A stretch of DNA of 64,000 bases. Origin: Chrysomallon squamiferum (taxonomy: Eukaryota > Animalia > Mollusca). The stretch spans positions 6,944,001 to 7,008,000 of the forward strand of contig CM022671.1 in the NCBI GenBank assembly GCA_012295275.1, in the 5' to 3' direction. A model generated the notes under the pieces. That model was not told the origin of the DNA, did no database searches, and saw nothing but the letters and a program-made list of their open reading frames with translations. Shown in pieces: positions 37,612 through 51,295 of this stretch; position 1 is the first letter of the stretch; the number at the start of each line of letters is the position of its first letter. Made by a program: the position numbers and the translations under genes.

Positions 37612-39596
37612 ATGCCTCGTAGAGGCCGATCCGGAGGCTTTTCTAGGTTTTTCGTTTTTAAAATATTATATATAATATACTGATGATAAACAGAATGATT
37701 TTATTTTTATTTTTATTTATAGATTACGTATATACTAAAATAGATTCTTGCATTAGAATCTGAAGAGTATGACCTTCAATGCTTGTAACCTTATTTATTA
37801 TATTAATTGAGTAGTTAAAATAACTTAATTATAAATGTATTTACTTTGCATTATCCAGATGAAATAATTACTATAATTAAGAGTTAATTCTAGTCTTGTA
37901 TCAATATTAAAAAAACTGATAGAATAATTTTCGATGACTGAATTTGATGATACGTCACGTTTCTTTCAGAAGGAAAAAACAACCCCCACGAAAAAAACCA
38001 ACCCCCCAACAAAACACCAAAATTAAACAAAAACAAAAGACAACAACCCCAAAATGATGATGATAATAATAATAATAATAATTAAATAATAATGAATATA
38101 TTTCTAACTAATTACACAATACTACTTAAGTCGTGTGTGTGTTGACAAAATACCAATATACTGTGTGGCCTGGACTCATTGTTGATATTTTTGCAATAAA
38201 TATCATATTTACCATCTGCCATACACAATCTGTTGTTTATCCTCAGAACCACTAAAGGGAAATAAGTGTTTTCACTTTCTTGTCCTATCTTGTTTTGTTT
38301 TTTAATGTATTTGTGTATTTACAATATTTTACAAAATAAAAAATAAAAAATGTTACTTCATGAATCATCTTTGCTTGATCTATTGAAAGCTGAATGAAAA
38401 ATTAACATTTATGTCTGTTTCGGTGTCTTTTTCATTTTTATGTTTTGTTAATTTTACTTATTCTCTGACATCTAGTTTTATTCATCCTTGCATGAACTAT
38501 TCGCTAGTTTAATAAAACTGATCTAGACATCTAACACAAGTTGAGATCACATGAATTGTTAATACCAAGTGTCACTACATTCTCATTCAAAAAAAAATAT
38601 ATAATAAAGTTAAAGAAATATCTCATTCATTTTTTAATTACACGATAAAAGAAGCTTGAAATACAAATTAATAATTGTAAAACGTCCATTATTTTATGGT
38701 TCCTTTAATGATTTTTAAAAAAATTTCAGGCCAAGTGCACCTCGTGTTCCAGCAGCTCGACCCCCACCACCACCACCACCTGCAACCATCCAGGCTCAGC
38801 CAAAACAACCTGGTTTGATGGCACAGATGGCAACAACAGCTGCTGGTGTTGCTGTTGGATCTGCGGTGGTAAGGAAATTTAAACAGTTACTTGAGACAAT
38901 ACATTTAAAAAATATACTTGTTCATTAGACACAGGAGTTGTACCTGTTAAAATATAACTATAATCAGTTACATTTTTATTGTGAAATGGAACAAACTGCT
39001 GTTCAGCACTTTACAAAAAAACAACAGCAGGAATTTTTTGAGAGATTAGGACAAGTTCACATACTAAGGAGTTTACGCTGTCTTGGTAATGTAAAAGAGA
39101 GATTTCATAGAAACTTTTGCTAGCAGTTGTAAATTGATCATTTGTTTTTGTTTTCAGGGTCACACAATCGGCCATGCTTTAACTGGGGGGATGGGAGGCG
39201 GTGGAGGCGGCGAGGTTGCCCCAGCACAGCAGACACAGCAGCCTGTGCAGAACCAGGACTTGAACCCGTGTTCCGTTGAACTGAAACAGTTCCTTGACTG
39301 TGCTAACACCCAGTCTGATCTTTCACTGTGTTACGGTTTTAACGAGGCTCTCAAACAGTGCAAAGTTCAAAATGGTGGGTATTCCTCAGACCAGACAAAT
39401 AGCCTTCCAAAATGTCAATTGTTTTCTTACAAATGTTTACAAAGATTAAAATGTGTGCACTTTGTTGTCTGAATGGCACAAACAAAAATCAGTGATATTA
39501 CTATGCTGTTAAGCATTCATTCATTCATTGATGTGATTATTAAATCACTTGTTAATGTTTAAACATATTTTCTTTGTTGCAGGTTTACAGTTGTGA
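37612..39596 (+). CDS. CHCHD2: CHCHD2/CHCHD10-family mitochondrial twin CX9C protein
   Basis: Exons 37612-37646 ([11 protein letters not shown]), 38730-38868 (..[24 protein letters not shown]), 39158-39374 ([44 protein letters not shown]) and 39583-39596 (GLQL*). Phases are consistent. Confidence 0.95.
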
Positions 39597-41620
39597 ATAT
39601 AAGAAGATGAACAAGACTTTTGTGTGAAAAAGATGAATTATAAATTTCTTGGTGCGGTTGTTATACTGATAATGTGTAAAAAAAAAAAAGATAATAATTC
39701 CCATTAGAAATTTGTTATTTTGTACTAATTTGCCAACTGTGCAGTGTAGAACATAGTCTGTAATTATTAAAATAATTCTTCCTGTTTTGAAATCAATTTG
39801 TGTGATTTTACAGACAGTATATATGTGGGTTGTTGTTTGTTTTGTTTTTTCATCACAGAATCAGGTTTTTATAGATTTTGAATTTGGTAAAAGTATTTTT
39901 GTGGTAGGTTCTTTGTACTTTAAAACTGGCCAGAAGGTAAACGCACATATCAAAGAAATGTTACGTCTGTGAGTACAGTGAATTCTCTATGATGTTTGTT
40001 TTCTAACAGCTTTTAAATACACAGACTTTTCTTTTAACCTCATTTTTCAAAAACAGAATTTTATTTTTATTTACAATGTAACTAGTTACAAATTATCAAA
40101 TAAATGTATACACTTGTTTTTGTCTTGAGTTTTACTACAATAAATTGATAATGTAATAATGATTATACAGCTGAATGTTGTCAAACCCATGCACAGACAC
40201 AACTATGTGAAAAAAATACAATTTTATACTCACAAACTTCTTGATATGTTTTACCTGTGAAGCTGTTACAAATTCAGTTTATAACTTTAAGGTTGCACAC
40301 ACTGTACCTGGTGCAGTAGTTGAAACTGATAGTCTTGTTTTAAATCTTCTAAAATCTTGAATCTGTTAAACACATAGTAATGACAAGAATCTAAATGCTG
40401 CAAACATTTTTTACGGTATATCTTGTGATCAGTTTGTGTAAGTAGATGGCTGCAGGATCAATACTTGTTAGTTACCAGTTTGTTTTCTCACAGTGTCTCT
40501 AACTTTCTCAGTGTTGTGTTTTCTGAACAAGTTATTTAAATTGCAACATGACATCACTTTTTAAGGAGACATTCTGTAAGAAATTAATATTTAAAAAGTT
40601 AAGTATCTAAAACTGAGTTCTTAATATTAGAAAATAGTCTGTCATGAAAGCATTTTAATGTTTTCTGTTTGAAATGCAAAGTAACTTTAAAAAAAAAACA
40701 TAAACCATGATCCTTCTAATTTCTGCCACACATACAAATACTTCATGGCACAGAAGTAGAAATAACAAGGAGAAATTCCTACCTAGAATTCAGAAAATAC
40801 AACCCTATATTTTAATATTAAAACAAACCCTAGATATGGACCACAGACAAGGTACTGAAATAAAATGAACCTCTTAAAATATTGAAATAAAATAAAACTA
40901 TAAACACTGACCTCTGAAACTACTGAAACAAAAACTATAGACACTGATCACTTTAAAAGTACTGAAGTAACAGGCAAGCTGGATATTTACCTCTTCAAAA
41001 CTTAATTATGTTATGGAAGACCTCCTCATGCAAGGATCACATAATATTGTACATATCAAGCTGTTACTGTTCTTGCCAGTGTTACACAACTCATGTAAGA
41101 AAGGACATGGTATGCACTATCATGTGTGGAATGCACCACATTATGCGATAACTGTTGCTTACTGGAAAGACTGATTCACGGAGTGATGGCAATAAGCGTC
41201 TTCTATAATTTTCCTGGTCATTAACTACGTCATATAACTTAATAAATAAATAAATAAAATTAATAATGACAATAAAATGGAATTCTAAAAAGGTAGCCAA
41301 ATCATTATTATTGTATGGCTCTGTGTATATGTGTGTGTGACTGTGTCACTGTGTGTGCAAACAATAATAAATGACATAGCCGGGTTTTCGGAAATGTTAA
41401 ACCCTTTCATTACTCCACTGCATTCTCAAGGTTTGTTTATTTTATTTAACGTGAAACAAATTTCTGCTTGGATAAACGTTATTCTTTTGACTGTAATTTA
41501 ATAAGCATGACCTGAATTTCGTGACAAACTTTGAAAGCGATGTCAAAAATAACTAATCACATGATTTAGTCAGGATGAGGGAGGAAGTCACGCAGGAAGG
41601 CGAAAAGAAAAACAAAAAAT

Positions 41621-42353
41621 ATGGCAACTTCAGTACCTCCGAGAATTCTGCTGCCCGATTTCAAAGGGAAAAAAATGGAGAAATCATCACTGGAAACCCT
41701 TCTCCAAATGGGATTCTCGAGACAAAGAGCGTATGTAAAGAGCTGTTTTAAAATGATACAAATTGGCAAGCTGATACAAAATTAAACGAATTAAGAATTT
41801 GCTTCCGCCTTCAGACTAGTTTACAACTTCACCAAAGGTTTTACAACTGGAACTTCAAAACATAATTTTTGAACATTGAATATACCACAGTACTTAATGG
41901 AAATCAATATTAAAGTAACTAGCATGGCAGGATACATTTATCCTTATTATTTACGTTAATTTAAAGAATTAAAACGACATCATTTCCTGTGCACTGTTTT
42001 TTTGTCCATTCAAACGAGTAATAATACTAATGAGTAATATGAATATATGAGATAGTAGCGAAACTTTATAGCAGTAATTTTGAACGTCCGGCTGTACCTT
42101 CCGCGCTATTATATTGAACTTTGACAATTTTTCAGCGCAAAAATCATGTTTTTTAGAGTACGATCAGCTGACATTTTGCTAGTAAACGATGTTGTTAAAA
42201 AGTGAGAAATAGTTATCTTGGAAACACTATCTGTAAGCTAATATTAAAATTAACATCCACACTAATTCAGAGTGAAAGCAATTAAAATAGTAATTGAACA
42301 TATTTGTTTCATTAATCAGTTTGCCACACTTAATATTCATCTCTAATAAATTG

Positions 42354-42438
<85 letters not shown>

Positions 42439-45400
42439 TTGTGTGTGTGTGTGTGTGTGTGATTAAATTGTTGCAATTTGAAGATAAATCTAAAATAGTT
42501 ATGCATAGTTATTTTGATATCCAAAATAGGTCTAACACTGTTTTTTTGGTTTTGTTTTGAGATGCATTCAGATTGTTTTTGAGAAAAGTAGTTGGGTAGA
42601 ACAGTCCAGTAGACTTACATTGTGCCAGACACCATCTTAATTTGAAGTCCTAAACAAATATAATAAATATTTCTGATTTTCTGGACTTAATATATACATC
42701 AAGTCATCAGTAATCAAATTTACAAGTCTGTCTTATGTTGTTAGTTGAATGTTAGATATAATGTTTTATTTTAATTTATTTTATTTATTTATTTTTTTAT
42801 TATTATTTTTTTTTTTTTAGAGAGAAAGCTCTTGCTGCTACAGGAGACCGTGGAATTCAGCTGGCATCCGACTGGTTTGTTTTATTACAGTATTTTATTT
42901 TAATATTTTAAAATTTTTATTACAATATTTTAATTTTATTATTTTTATATTCTTATTGCATGATATATATTTTATTTAATATAATATTACAGTATTTTTT
43001 TATTTTTTATTTTTATATTTTTCTTACAATATTTTATTTTTATATTCTTATTACAGTGGGGTTTTTTCTTATTACAATACTTTATTATCATTTCCTATTT
43101 TTAATATGATATTTTATTTCTATTTATTCTGTTGTTTCATTATTTATTTTTATTATTTAAGTTTTAGAAACTGAGTTTGTGTTTATTATAGTGTATAGCA
43201 TATCAAGCAAATGAAAGAAACTTATATGCATAATTAACTTTTTTTTTTTTTTTTTTTTTCTAAACTGAAACAAAGACTTGTACATTAAATGTTGTTTCAG
43301 GCTGCTGTCTCATGTAAATGATCCTCTGCTGGATAAGAAGATAGCGCGAGAGTACGTCTTGTATCTGTGTCCTGTTGGAGCCTTCCAGTCAGAAGTGGCT
43401 CAGTTCTGGGACAGCTCTCTCTCCAAGTGTGGCTGGAACGGAGCTCATTCCTGTTTCCCCCACATCACACTCAGCTCCTTCTTTAAAGTACATTCTCTTC
43501 TTTTCTTTTCTCATGTTTTTGCTTTCTGGTTTCGATTGGGTACCGTAATTGAAAAAAATCAACTTTGTGCACTTCGTTTCAAAGTGTTTTTTTAAATGTG
43601 TTCCTGTCCGCAGTGATTTACATTTCACAATTTGTAAAAACCGAGAGAAAGCGTACTGGCTGTATTAAGTAGATTCTGTAAACATGCAGTAAACATTTTA
43701 TTTTTGTTGAAATGTTTAAATATATTTGGTTTAAAAACCTTTATTTATTTATTATAATGTTTTTTTTATTTGTGTTTCTTTTAAATGAAAATAATTTAAC
43801 AAGACTATTAAATAAATACCTTGTTTTATTCCCTATTTTAATACAGCCCTCCGATATCAGGCTATATTTTCAATGTTTTGCAAAGATACAACTGTGATTT
43901 TTTTTTTCTAAATCTTTCATAACAATTACATTTTGACAATATTAATCAATAACCTATTCATAGATTGCAGTGACTGTTCAGTTGATTCCAATTCAGTCAC
44001 ATATCTCCAAGACTAACACATTTATTATTCTGGACATGCTTGTAAACAGTAAACAGGTTTGTTATTGTTGATATTTATTTATTTTCAGGCAGATGACTCC
44101 CAAGTTTCATTTCTCACAGACTGTATGTCAGCTGTGGAGGAGAGACTGAACAAGTCTCCTAAAGGTCTCTCACTGGAGTTTTTCGCTCAGCAGAATTTCA
44201 TTGGGTTGTTTGTTAATGAAAACAGCGAACATTTCAGATTTCTCACAGAAATAGTACAACTGTTTGGAAAAGCAGCCGCACAGAGAGGTAAAGATATGAA
44301 AATGAAAACATTATGTAAATATGTAAATAGATGATAAAAAACTAAAGTAATAATTAGTGGGAAATTGTCAAAACTGAAAAATTAAAAATTAAAAAAAAAG
44401 AAGAATAAGAAGTAATAACTAATGCAGGAATGAATATATATATATAAAAATAATATTTAATGTTATATAATAGATGTGCTTTATGTATTTTTATTTTTTA
44501 TATTTATTTATATTTGTCAAGTTAATTTCCATATTTGGTTTTGTTATCATTTCACTTAAAAATGTTGGATATTGGTACTTTTGATTGCAGTTTGGTTTCT
44601 TGTTGAAATTTTGTAAACTAAAGTGAAAAAAAAAAATCAACAGTAGACAGCTCAACTGAATGTGACATAGATATGTATACATACATACATTACTGGAAAG
44701 ACTTAAATTGAAACACATATCAAGAAATATACGTCAAGTTGATATATTTTCAGATTTCCAAACTTGGCAGAATGTAATCATTGCAATTCCATTAAAGTTA
44801 CAAATAGCATGGGTAAGCAAAAACAAACTCCAGTCAGTGAACTGATTGCTTCAAAGTTGTTTGAAACCTCTCTGCTGTTAAGTAAAGAAGCCAAACACCA
44901 TACTCAGACAATCAAAGCAGACGTTTTTCATTCAACTGTGTCCTGTAATAACCAAGAGAAAATTAGATGGACATTTCTAGCTTTCAAAAGCTAAAATCTG
45001 TTAAGTCAGTGGTCTTTGAGAAATGGAAGTTGTTGAGTTATCAGCAATGGAATTTTCAAAAGGTCATCATTGTTAGTGTCTGTAGAAGCTTGGTTAGGAT
45101 CAGATTTTCACACTGAGAAACAGAAGTTTGAATTTTCAAAACCCGACTGTATTTAATGTTTGTTTCAGGTATTGAGGTTGGTCAGCCAAAGAAACAGCTG
45201 CATCTGACGTTGGCGTACCAGTACTCACCAGAGCGCCACGAGGAGCTGTTGTCCCTGGCGAGGAAGATCAAACTGGACGCTAGCTGTCGCTGGGATCTCC
45301 GCCTGTATTCCAGAGACCCACGGACACGAACCTGTGAGGTAAGTTGTAGTCTTATAGTACAGCTCTATGAGTCTTACACTTTTAGTTTTCTTGTAATTTA

Positions 45401-47847
45401 ATGTGTTATTAAAGATGTATAAATTATAATTTAATGTGTTATTAAAAGATTTGTATAAATTATATTAAAGATGTATAAATTTTAAAGTATATTTAATGTA
45501 TCGTATAATAAAGGTGTATAAAACATATTTAAAGATCATACAACCCATATATGATGTATTATTAAAGATGTATAAATTATAAAGTATGTTTAATGTATGG
45601 TATAATAAAGGTGTATAAAACATATTTAAAGATTATATACAACCCACTGGTCTACAACTTACTTTATACTTAATAACTTTAGAAATAAGTGCAAAACAAA
45701 CAGATGGTTTTTTTTGCCGTGCAGTTTTATTGCTGTGTTGACACTAGTAGATAAAACAGATTGTTTTCTGTGATCGAAGGTGTACAAGGTGGTGAACGCT
45801 TACCCACCTTGTCTTGGAGATGAGCTGCAGCTCATAGACGGAGACTACATCTTTGTGGAGCCTGATGAAATGAAGCTCAGCAAAGACGGCTGGTTTCATG
45901 GTACGTCGTGGTTGACTGGTTTGAGTGGAATGTTTCCCGGAGTCTGCACACAAAAAACAGCTGAAACATGGACCTGGACACTTCACAAGTAAAATATAAA
46001 ACAGCATCTCAAAACATTTGTACTTTAATAACATCTTAAAATATTTGTACTTTATTGTTTAATGTTTTAAAACATTTGTACTTTATTAACATCTTAAAAC
46101 ATTTGTACTTTAATAACATCTTAAAACATTTGTACTTTATTGTTTAATGTCTTAAAACATTTGTATTTTATTAACATCTTAAAACATATGTACTTTATTG
46201 TTTAATGTCTTAAAACATCTGTACTTTAATAACATCTTAAAACATTTGTACTTTATTGTTTAATGTCTTAAAACATTTGTACTTTATTGTTTAACATCTT
46301 AAAACATTTGTACTTTATTAACATCTTAAAACATTTATACTTTATTAGCATCTTAAAACATTTGTACTTTATTGTTTAATGTCTTAAAACATTTGTACTT
46401 TATTGTTTAATGTCTTAAAACATTTATACTTTATTGTTTAACATCTTAAGACAAAAGTTTTTAAAGAAGATGAAATCAAATCATTAAGAAAAGAACTATT
46501 ACTTTTTCTAGGATGCAGTTTAGAAACAATTTGTTCAGGAATTCTAAGTAAACGTTACAGTGAACAAATTTTACCTGAGTTAGATTAACGAGTCACTAAA
46601 TTACAAAAATGTAATGAACCATGTAGAAAGTGTCATTTTTTTTGTTTTTTCTGCTAAGATCTTTGCCACTGGTGGAGATGAGGGCCACTTCTAATGGACT
46701 CTGTGATGGTGACTATGACAACTTGTGGCAGAATAACGAGATAGAGGATTTATATGCAAAGGTTGGTTTCAGATTTTTAACAATTTTTGTTTTTTATGTT
46801 GCAAGTCATTAAAACTAAGTTTTATAACAAAGCTGTCTTAGAACAGAATGTACTTGTTTTAATCAAAAGAAATGTCTGCCAGACAAAAAAACTGAAATGA
46901 AACGTGTGTGTTAAACAGTGTGTATTCGTTGTTGAAGGTAAATAAGAATAAGAAGGTGGAGGCAAGACAGCTGTTTGTGATGAGACATGGAGAACGATGT
47001 GACTACCCCTTCGGCAGGAAAGAGTGGGTCACAAACGTCTTTGATTCCTCGGGTGAGTACTCATGTCTTTGATTTCTCAGGTGAGTGCTCACATCTCTAA
47101 TTTCTCAGGTGATTACTCACATCTCTGATTTCTCAGGTGATTACTCACATCTTTGATTTCTCAGGTGAGTGCTCATATCTCTGATTTCTCAGGTGAGTGC
47201 TCACATCTCTGATTTCTTAGGTGATTACTCACATTTCATTTCTCAGGTGAATACTCACACCTTTCATTTCACAGGTGAGTGCTCACATCTTTGATTTCTC
47301 AGGTGAGTGCTCATATCTCTGATTTCTCAGTTGATTACTTATCTCTGATTTCTCAGGTGATTACTCACATCTTTGATTTCTCAGGTGAGTGCTCACATCT
47401 CTGATTTCTCAGTTGATTACTTATCTCTGATTTCTCAGGTGATTACTCACATCTTTGATTTCTCAGGTGAGTGCTCACATCTTTGATTTCTCAGGTGATT
47501 ATTCACACCTTTCATTTCTCAGGTGAGTAGACACATATTTGATTTCTTTCACGTGCTGTCACTTTTATGCTTCATGCATCTGCACTAGTTAATTAACTGA
47601 ACTTAATAAATTTAAAATGTAACAGTTACTCACACTCAATCAGTGTGTTTTATGATTTGTATCAACCAATTTATACTGATTCTCATATCATAAATAAGAA
47701 TTGACATCAATATATTTTTCTTTCAAACTGATTAGTCATTGAAGTTATGTATTGAAATTATATATTTTGGAAAAGTGTTTTCAATATAACTGCATTGATT
47801 ATGTACATTACTTATATAGCGTATTTTATTAAATATATTAGCAGCAG

Positions 47848-47893
<46 letters not shown>

Positions 47894-48537
47894 AATGGAA
47901 ACTGGCAAAACTGGTCCCTGGTTATCCCATATTAACATCTACACCGGCCATGTTTTTTTGTACCCAAAATTATGTGTAAACATTATATGTCTTAAAACCC
48001 TTAATAAACTGAATCCTGTATATTATGATCAGTTTTCATCCCCAAAGGCTCAAGTTATTGGTTAATTACCTCGACAAACCGTAAGCCAGGTAAGTTCAGC
48101 TGATTACCTGACCGGAAACAGTGTGACCCAGTTTCTCCTATTACAGGACAGTGAGATCTCAGACCAGACATTCTGGCTGTCTGGTAATTAGTCGATGATT
48201 GGTGTTAATTGTACTTATCAGTGCAGGTTGGACTTCTTAGTGCCTTACACCCATAATTCAGGTTTTACATCTTCACTGTGATGTTAAGACAAAAAGCTCA
48301 CTGACCATTTCATGGATTTATGGATGTGCTGACAAGCAAATCAGAAGTGACATAGCTAACGTGTTGTTACATTTTATTCACAATTTATAAATCAAATGTA
48401 AAGATCTAGAATGGACATATCTTATCAAGTATTTCATAGATACAAGTGCAGATGTAAAAACAAACATTATACATACATATATACATGTATGAAGGGTTTC
48501 TAAATTTAAGGTAGCATGGTGATCTGTTACGCTAGTA

Positions 48538-48615
<78 letters not shown>

Positions 48616-48825
48616 ATATAACATATGTACACATAGACACACTGTTTTGTAATTTTCAAATTCAATATTTATGAGAGTTTTGTCTTTCAGGAAATTACAA
48701 AAGAATAAACCTGAACTTACCCAAAACAATGATACCACGAAAAGTTGAAGAGTATTTGTATGATTGTCCTCTCACAGAGATTGGCAAAGTACAGGCCTAT
48801 ATTACAGGTAATAACAAAAATAATA

Positions 48826-48856
<31 letters not shown>

Positions 48857-51295
48857 TACAGACAATATTAAATTGTTTATCAGGTTCTGTTAAACTATAC
48901 TGCAGGTAATCTTAATGTCTAAAAGGTATTAAACTCTATTAAGGTAATGTTTAACTGTATTATTGGTAACATTAAATTATATTACAGGTAATATTAAAGT
49001 GTATTACAGGTAATATTAAAGTTTGTAACAGACGGTTTTAAATAAACAGTTATAATATTAAACAATTAATGTAGTTAGTGTAATTAAAGGTGAGATGTGT
49101 TTGTAACTGATGTTTCAGGTGATGTTAAATAAACAGTTTTAATATTAAACAGGTGATGTAGTTAGTGTAATTAAAGGTGAGATGTGTTTGTAACTGATGT
49201 TTCAGGTGATGTTAAATAAACAGTTTTAATATTAAACAGGTGATGTAGTTAGTGTAATTAAAGGTGAGATGCGTTTGTAACTGATGTTTCAGGTGATGGA
49301 CTGAAATCCAGTTCAGTGCAGATAAGTCACATCTACTGCTCTCCAGCTCTCAGGTGTATACAGACAGCACACGAAGTCGTTAAAGGTGAGTTTCACAAAT
49401 TATTTATTTGCACTGCTGTCTTTTATTACAGATATTTCCCATGTTAATTATTTGTAAACTGACAGTGATGTTTTATTACTGAAGTTTCCCATGTTGATTA
49501 TGTATGTGTGTGTTATGTAGTATAACTTATATATTGTGCTATAAAAACTGAAATTTAATTAATTAATTAAATAAATGTAGCAAAAATTGCTTTATTGTAT
49601 TTTCAATGCTACCATCTCATTTAATAATCTGTACATTCTGTTTATTTATTTATTTATTTATTTATATACTTATTTACTGATTTATTTTCTTTTTTCTTTC
49701 TTTCTTTCTTTCTTTCTTTATTTCTTTATTTACTTATTTATTTTCTTTCTTTATTTATTTATTTATTTATATACTTATTTATTTATTTAAATTCTTATTT
49801 ACTTATTTATTTTCTTTCTTTCCTTCTTTCCTTCTTTCTTTCTTTCCTTCTTTCTTTCTTTCTTTCTTTATTTGTTTATTTATATACTTATTTATTTATT
49901 TAAATTCTTATTTACTTATTTATTTATTTTCTTTTTCTTTCTTTCTTTCTTTATTTATTTCTTTATTTATTTATTTATTTCTTTATTTCTTTATTTCTTT
50001 ATTTCTTTATTTATTTATTTATTTATTTATCAGCTCTGGGCAGCAGCTCACTGATTTGTGTTGAACCGACTCTGTTTGAGTGGCTTGGCTGGTACAAACC
50101 AAACGTACCAAAGTGGATTCCTGTCGACAAACTTGTTTCTCTTGGCTACAGTTTAGACCAGACTTACACACCGTTTATCAGCAGTGACAAGCTCAACACA
50201 GATGAGAGCTATCAAGAGTATTACAGCAGAACCTCAGACTTTACTAACTACGTTGTCAGAAAACACAGCCAGGAAGGTATCAGTGTTTTTATTTAGTATT
50301 GCACTTGTTTGTCTGAAATTGAATATAAAACTTTTATTTGTTTAATTTTTTTCTTTTATTTTCATCTGCACTTCTTCTTACTTTAAAACAAAAAAACAAA
50401 AAAAGAAAGGAAAAACAATAAAAAAAAGTAAAAAAAACACAAAAAAACATTCTTGAGTAAAAGATGTTATTTGCGTAACATAATATAGCTTTTCATAGTA
50501 CTAAAATCAGTAAACCCTTGATGATTTCTCATTATCTCTAGAAACATTTAATATAGGTTTTATTATATGTATGTTCTTTATAATTATGTTTACCAGTTGA
50601 TAATTTGTTCGATACATTGGTACTGCAGGAGATTCTTCATTAATATTCATGATAATGTGTTTTTGTTCCTTATCATTTACTAACATTCAACAGTGGTAAT
50701 TATTTGTTGCAGAAAGTGTTTTCATTATTTATACATGGTTTTTATAGTGTTGTTACTTTTTACCTGGTGGTAACATTCCAAAGTAACTGGTATTTGTTAC
50801 TTTTTGCCATAGTAGTAACCTACCAATAACATGTATATTTGTTACTTTTTACCAGGTGGTAACATTCCAAAGTAACAGGTATTTGTTACTTTTTACCAGG
50901 TGGTAACATTCCAAGTTAACACACATTTGTTACTTTTTACCAGGTTTTATAATTCCAAAGTAACAGGTATTGGTAACATTTTCAAGTGTTAACACAAACT
51001 AACACTTTTTACCAGGTGGTAACATTCCAAATTAACACACATTTGTTACTTTTTACCAGGTGGTAATATTCTGTTGGTGGGACATGCAGCTAGTCTTGAT
51101 GCCAGCACATTCAAACTGTGCAGGAAGAAAATCAAATCAGAATCTCAGTTTCTCAAAGAACTGACAAACGTTCCATTCTGTGCGGTTGTCATGGTAGAAG
51201 AGGACCCTGTCTCCAAACACTGGACAATGAAGGAGCCCCCCATGCCCCCTTTGTGTCACAGCTATAACAAAATGTTCAACTGGAAAGAAGTATAA
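41621..51295 (+). CDS. UBASH3B: UBASH3/Sts family protein (UBA + 2H phosphoesterase + SH3 + histidine phosphatase; ecdysteroid-phosphate phosphatase-like), 611 aa
   Basis: 12 exons: 41621-41730, 42821-42874, 43301-43487, 44089-44287, 45169-45338, 45780-45988, 46659-46761, 46938-47052, 48691-48807, 49293-49385, 50034-50276, 51060-51295. They join in frame. Motifs: [16 protein letters not shown] (UBA), HITL/HLTL (2H), [14 protein letters not shown] (SH3), [15 protein letters not shown] and GHA (phosphatase). Confidence 0.93.
46000..46450. repeat. Minisatellite, ~25-29 bp unit (catcttaaaacatttgtactttatt), directly after the SH3 exon donor
   Basis: Visible tandem array. Confidence 0.9.
47041..47548 (+). 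repeat. 28-bp minisatellite derived from the exon 8 donor junction of UBASH3
   Basis: The founder unit ttgattcctcgg|gtgagtactcatgtct straddles the exon end and is followed by about 17 units of ttgatttctcaggtgaktrctcacatct. Confidence 0.93.
48797..49020 (+). repeat. Degenerate ~22-bp repeats of the exon 9 donor junction (tattacag|gtaata)
   Basis: The true donor attacag|gtaata at 48801 recurs exactly at 48981 and 49003, and in degenerate form at ~48855, 48901, 48940 and 48960. Confidence 0.7.
49040..49298 (+). repeat. Three 87-bp tandem units, each ending in the exon 10 acceptor (gtaactgatgtttcag|gtgatg)
   Basis: The AG ends at 49118, 49205 and 49292. Confidence 0.9.
50745..51072 (+). repeat. 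~44-bp tandem units containing the exon 12 acceptor (ttactttttaccag|gtggtaa)
   Basis: About 7 units; the last one is the functional acceptor at 51059/51060. Confidence 0.88.

Noticed and set aside
47041-47548. CRISPR-like array
   Set aside because: The units are head-to-tail with no unique spacers, the context is a eukaryotic intron, and there are no cas genes. The same applies to the other minisatellites.
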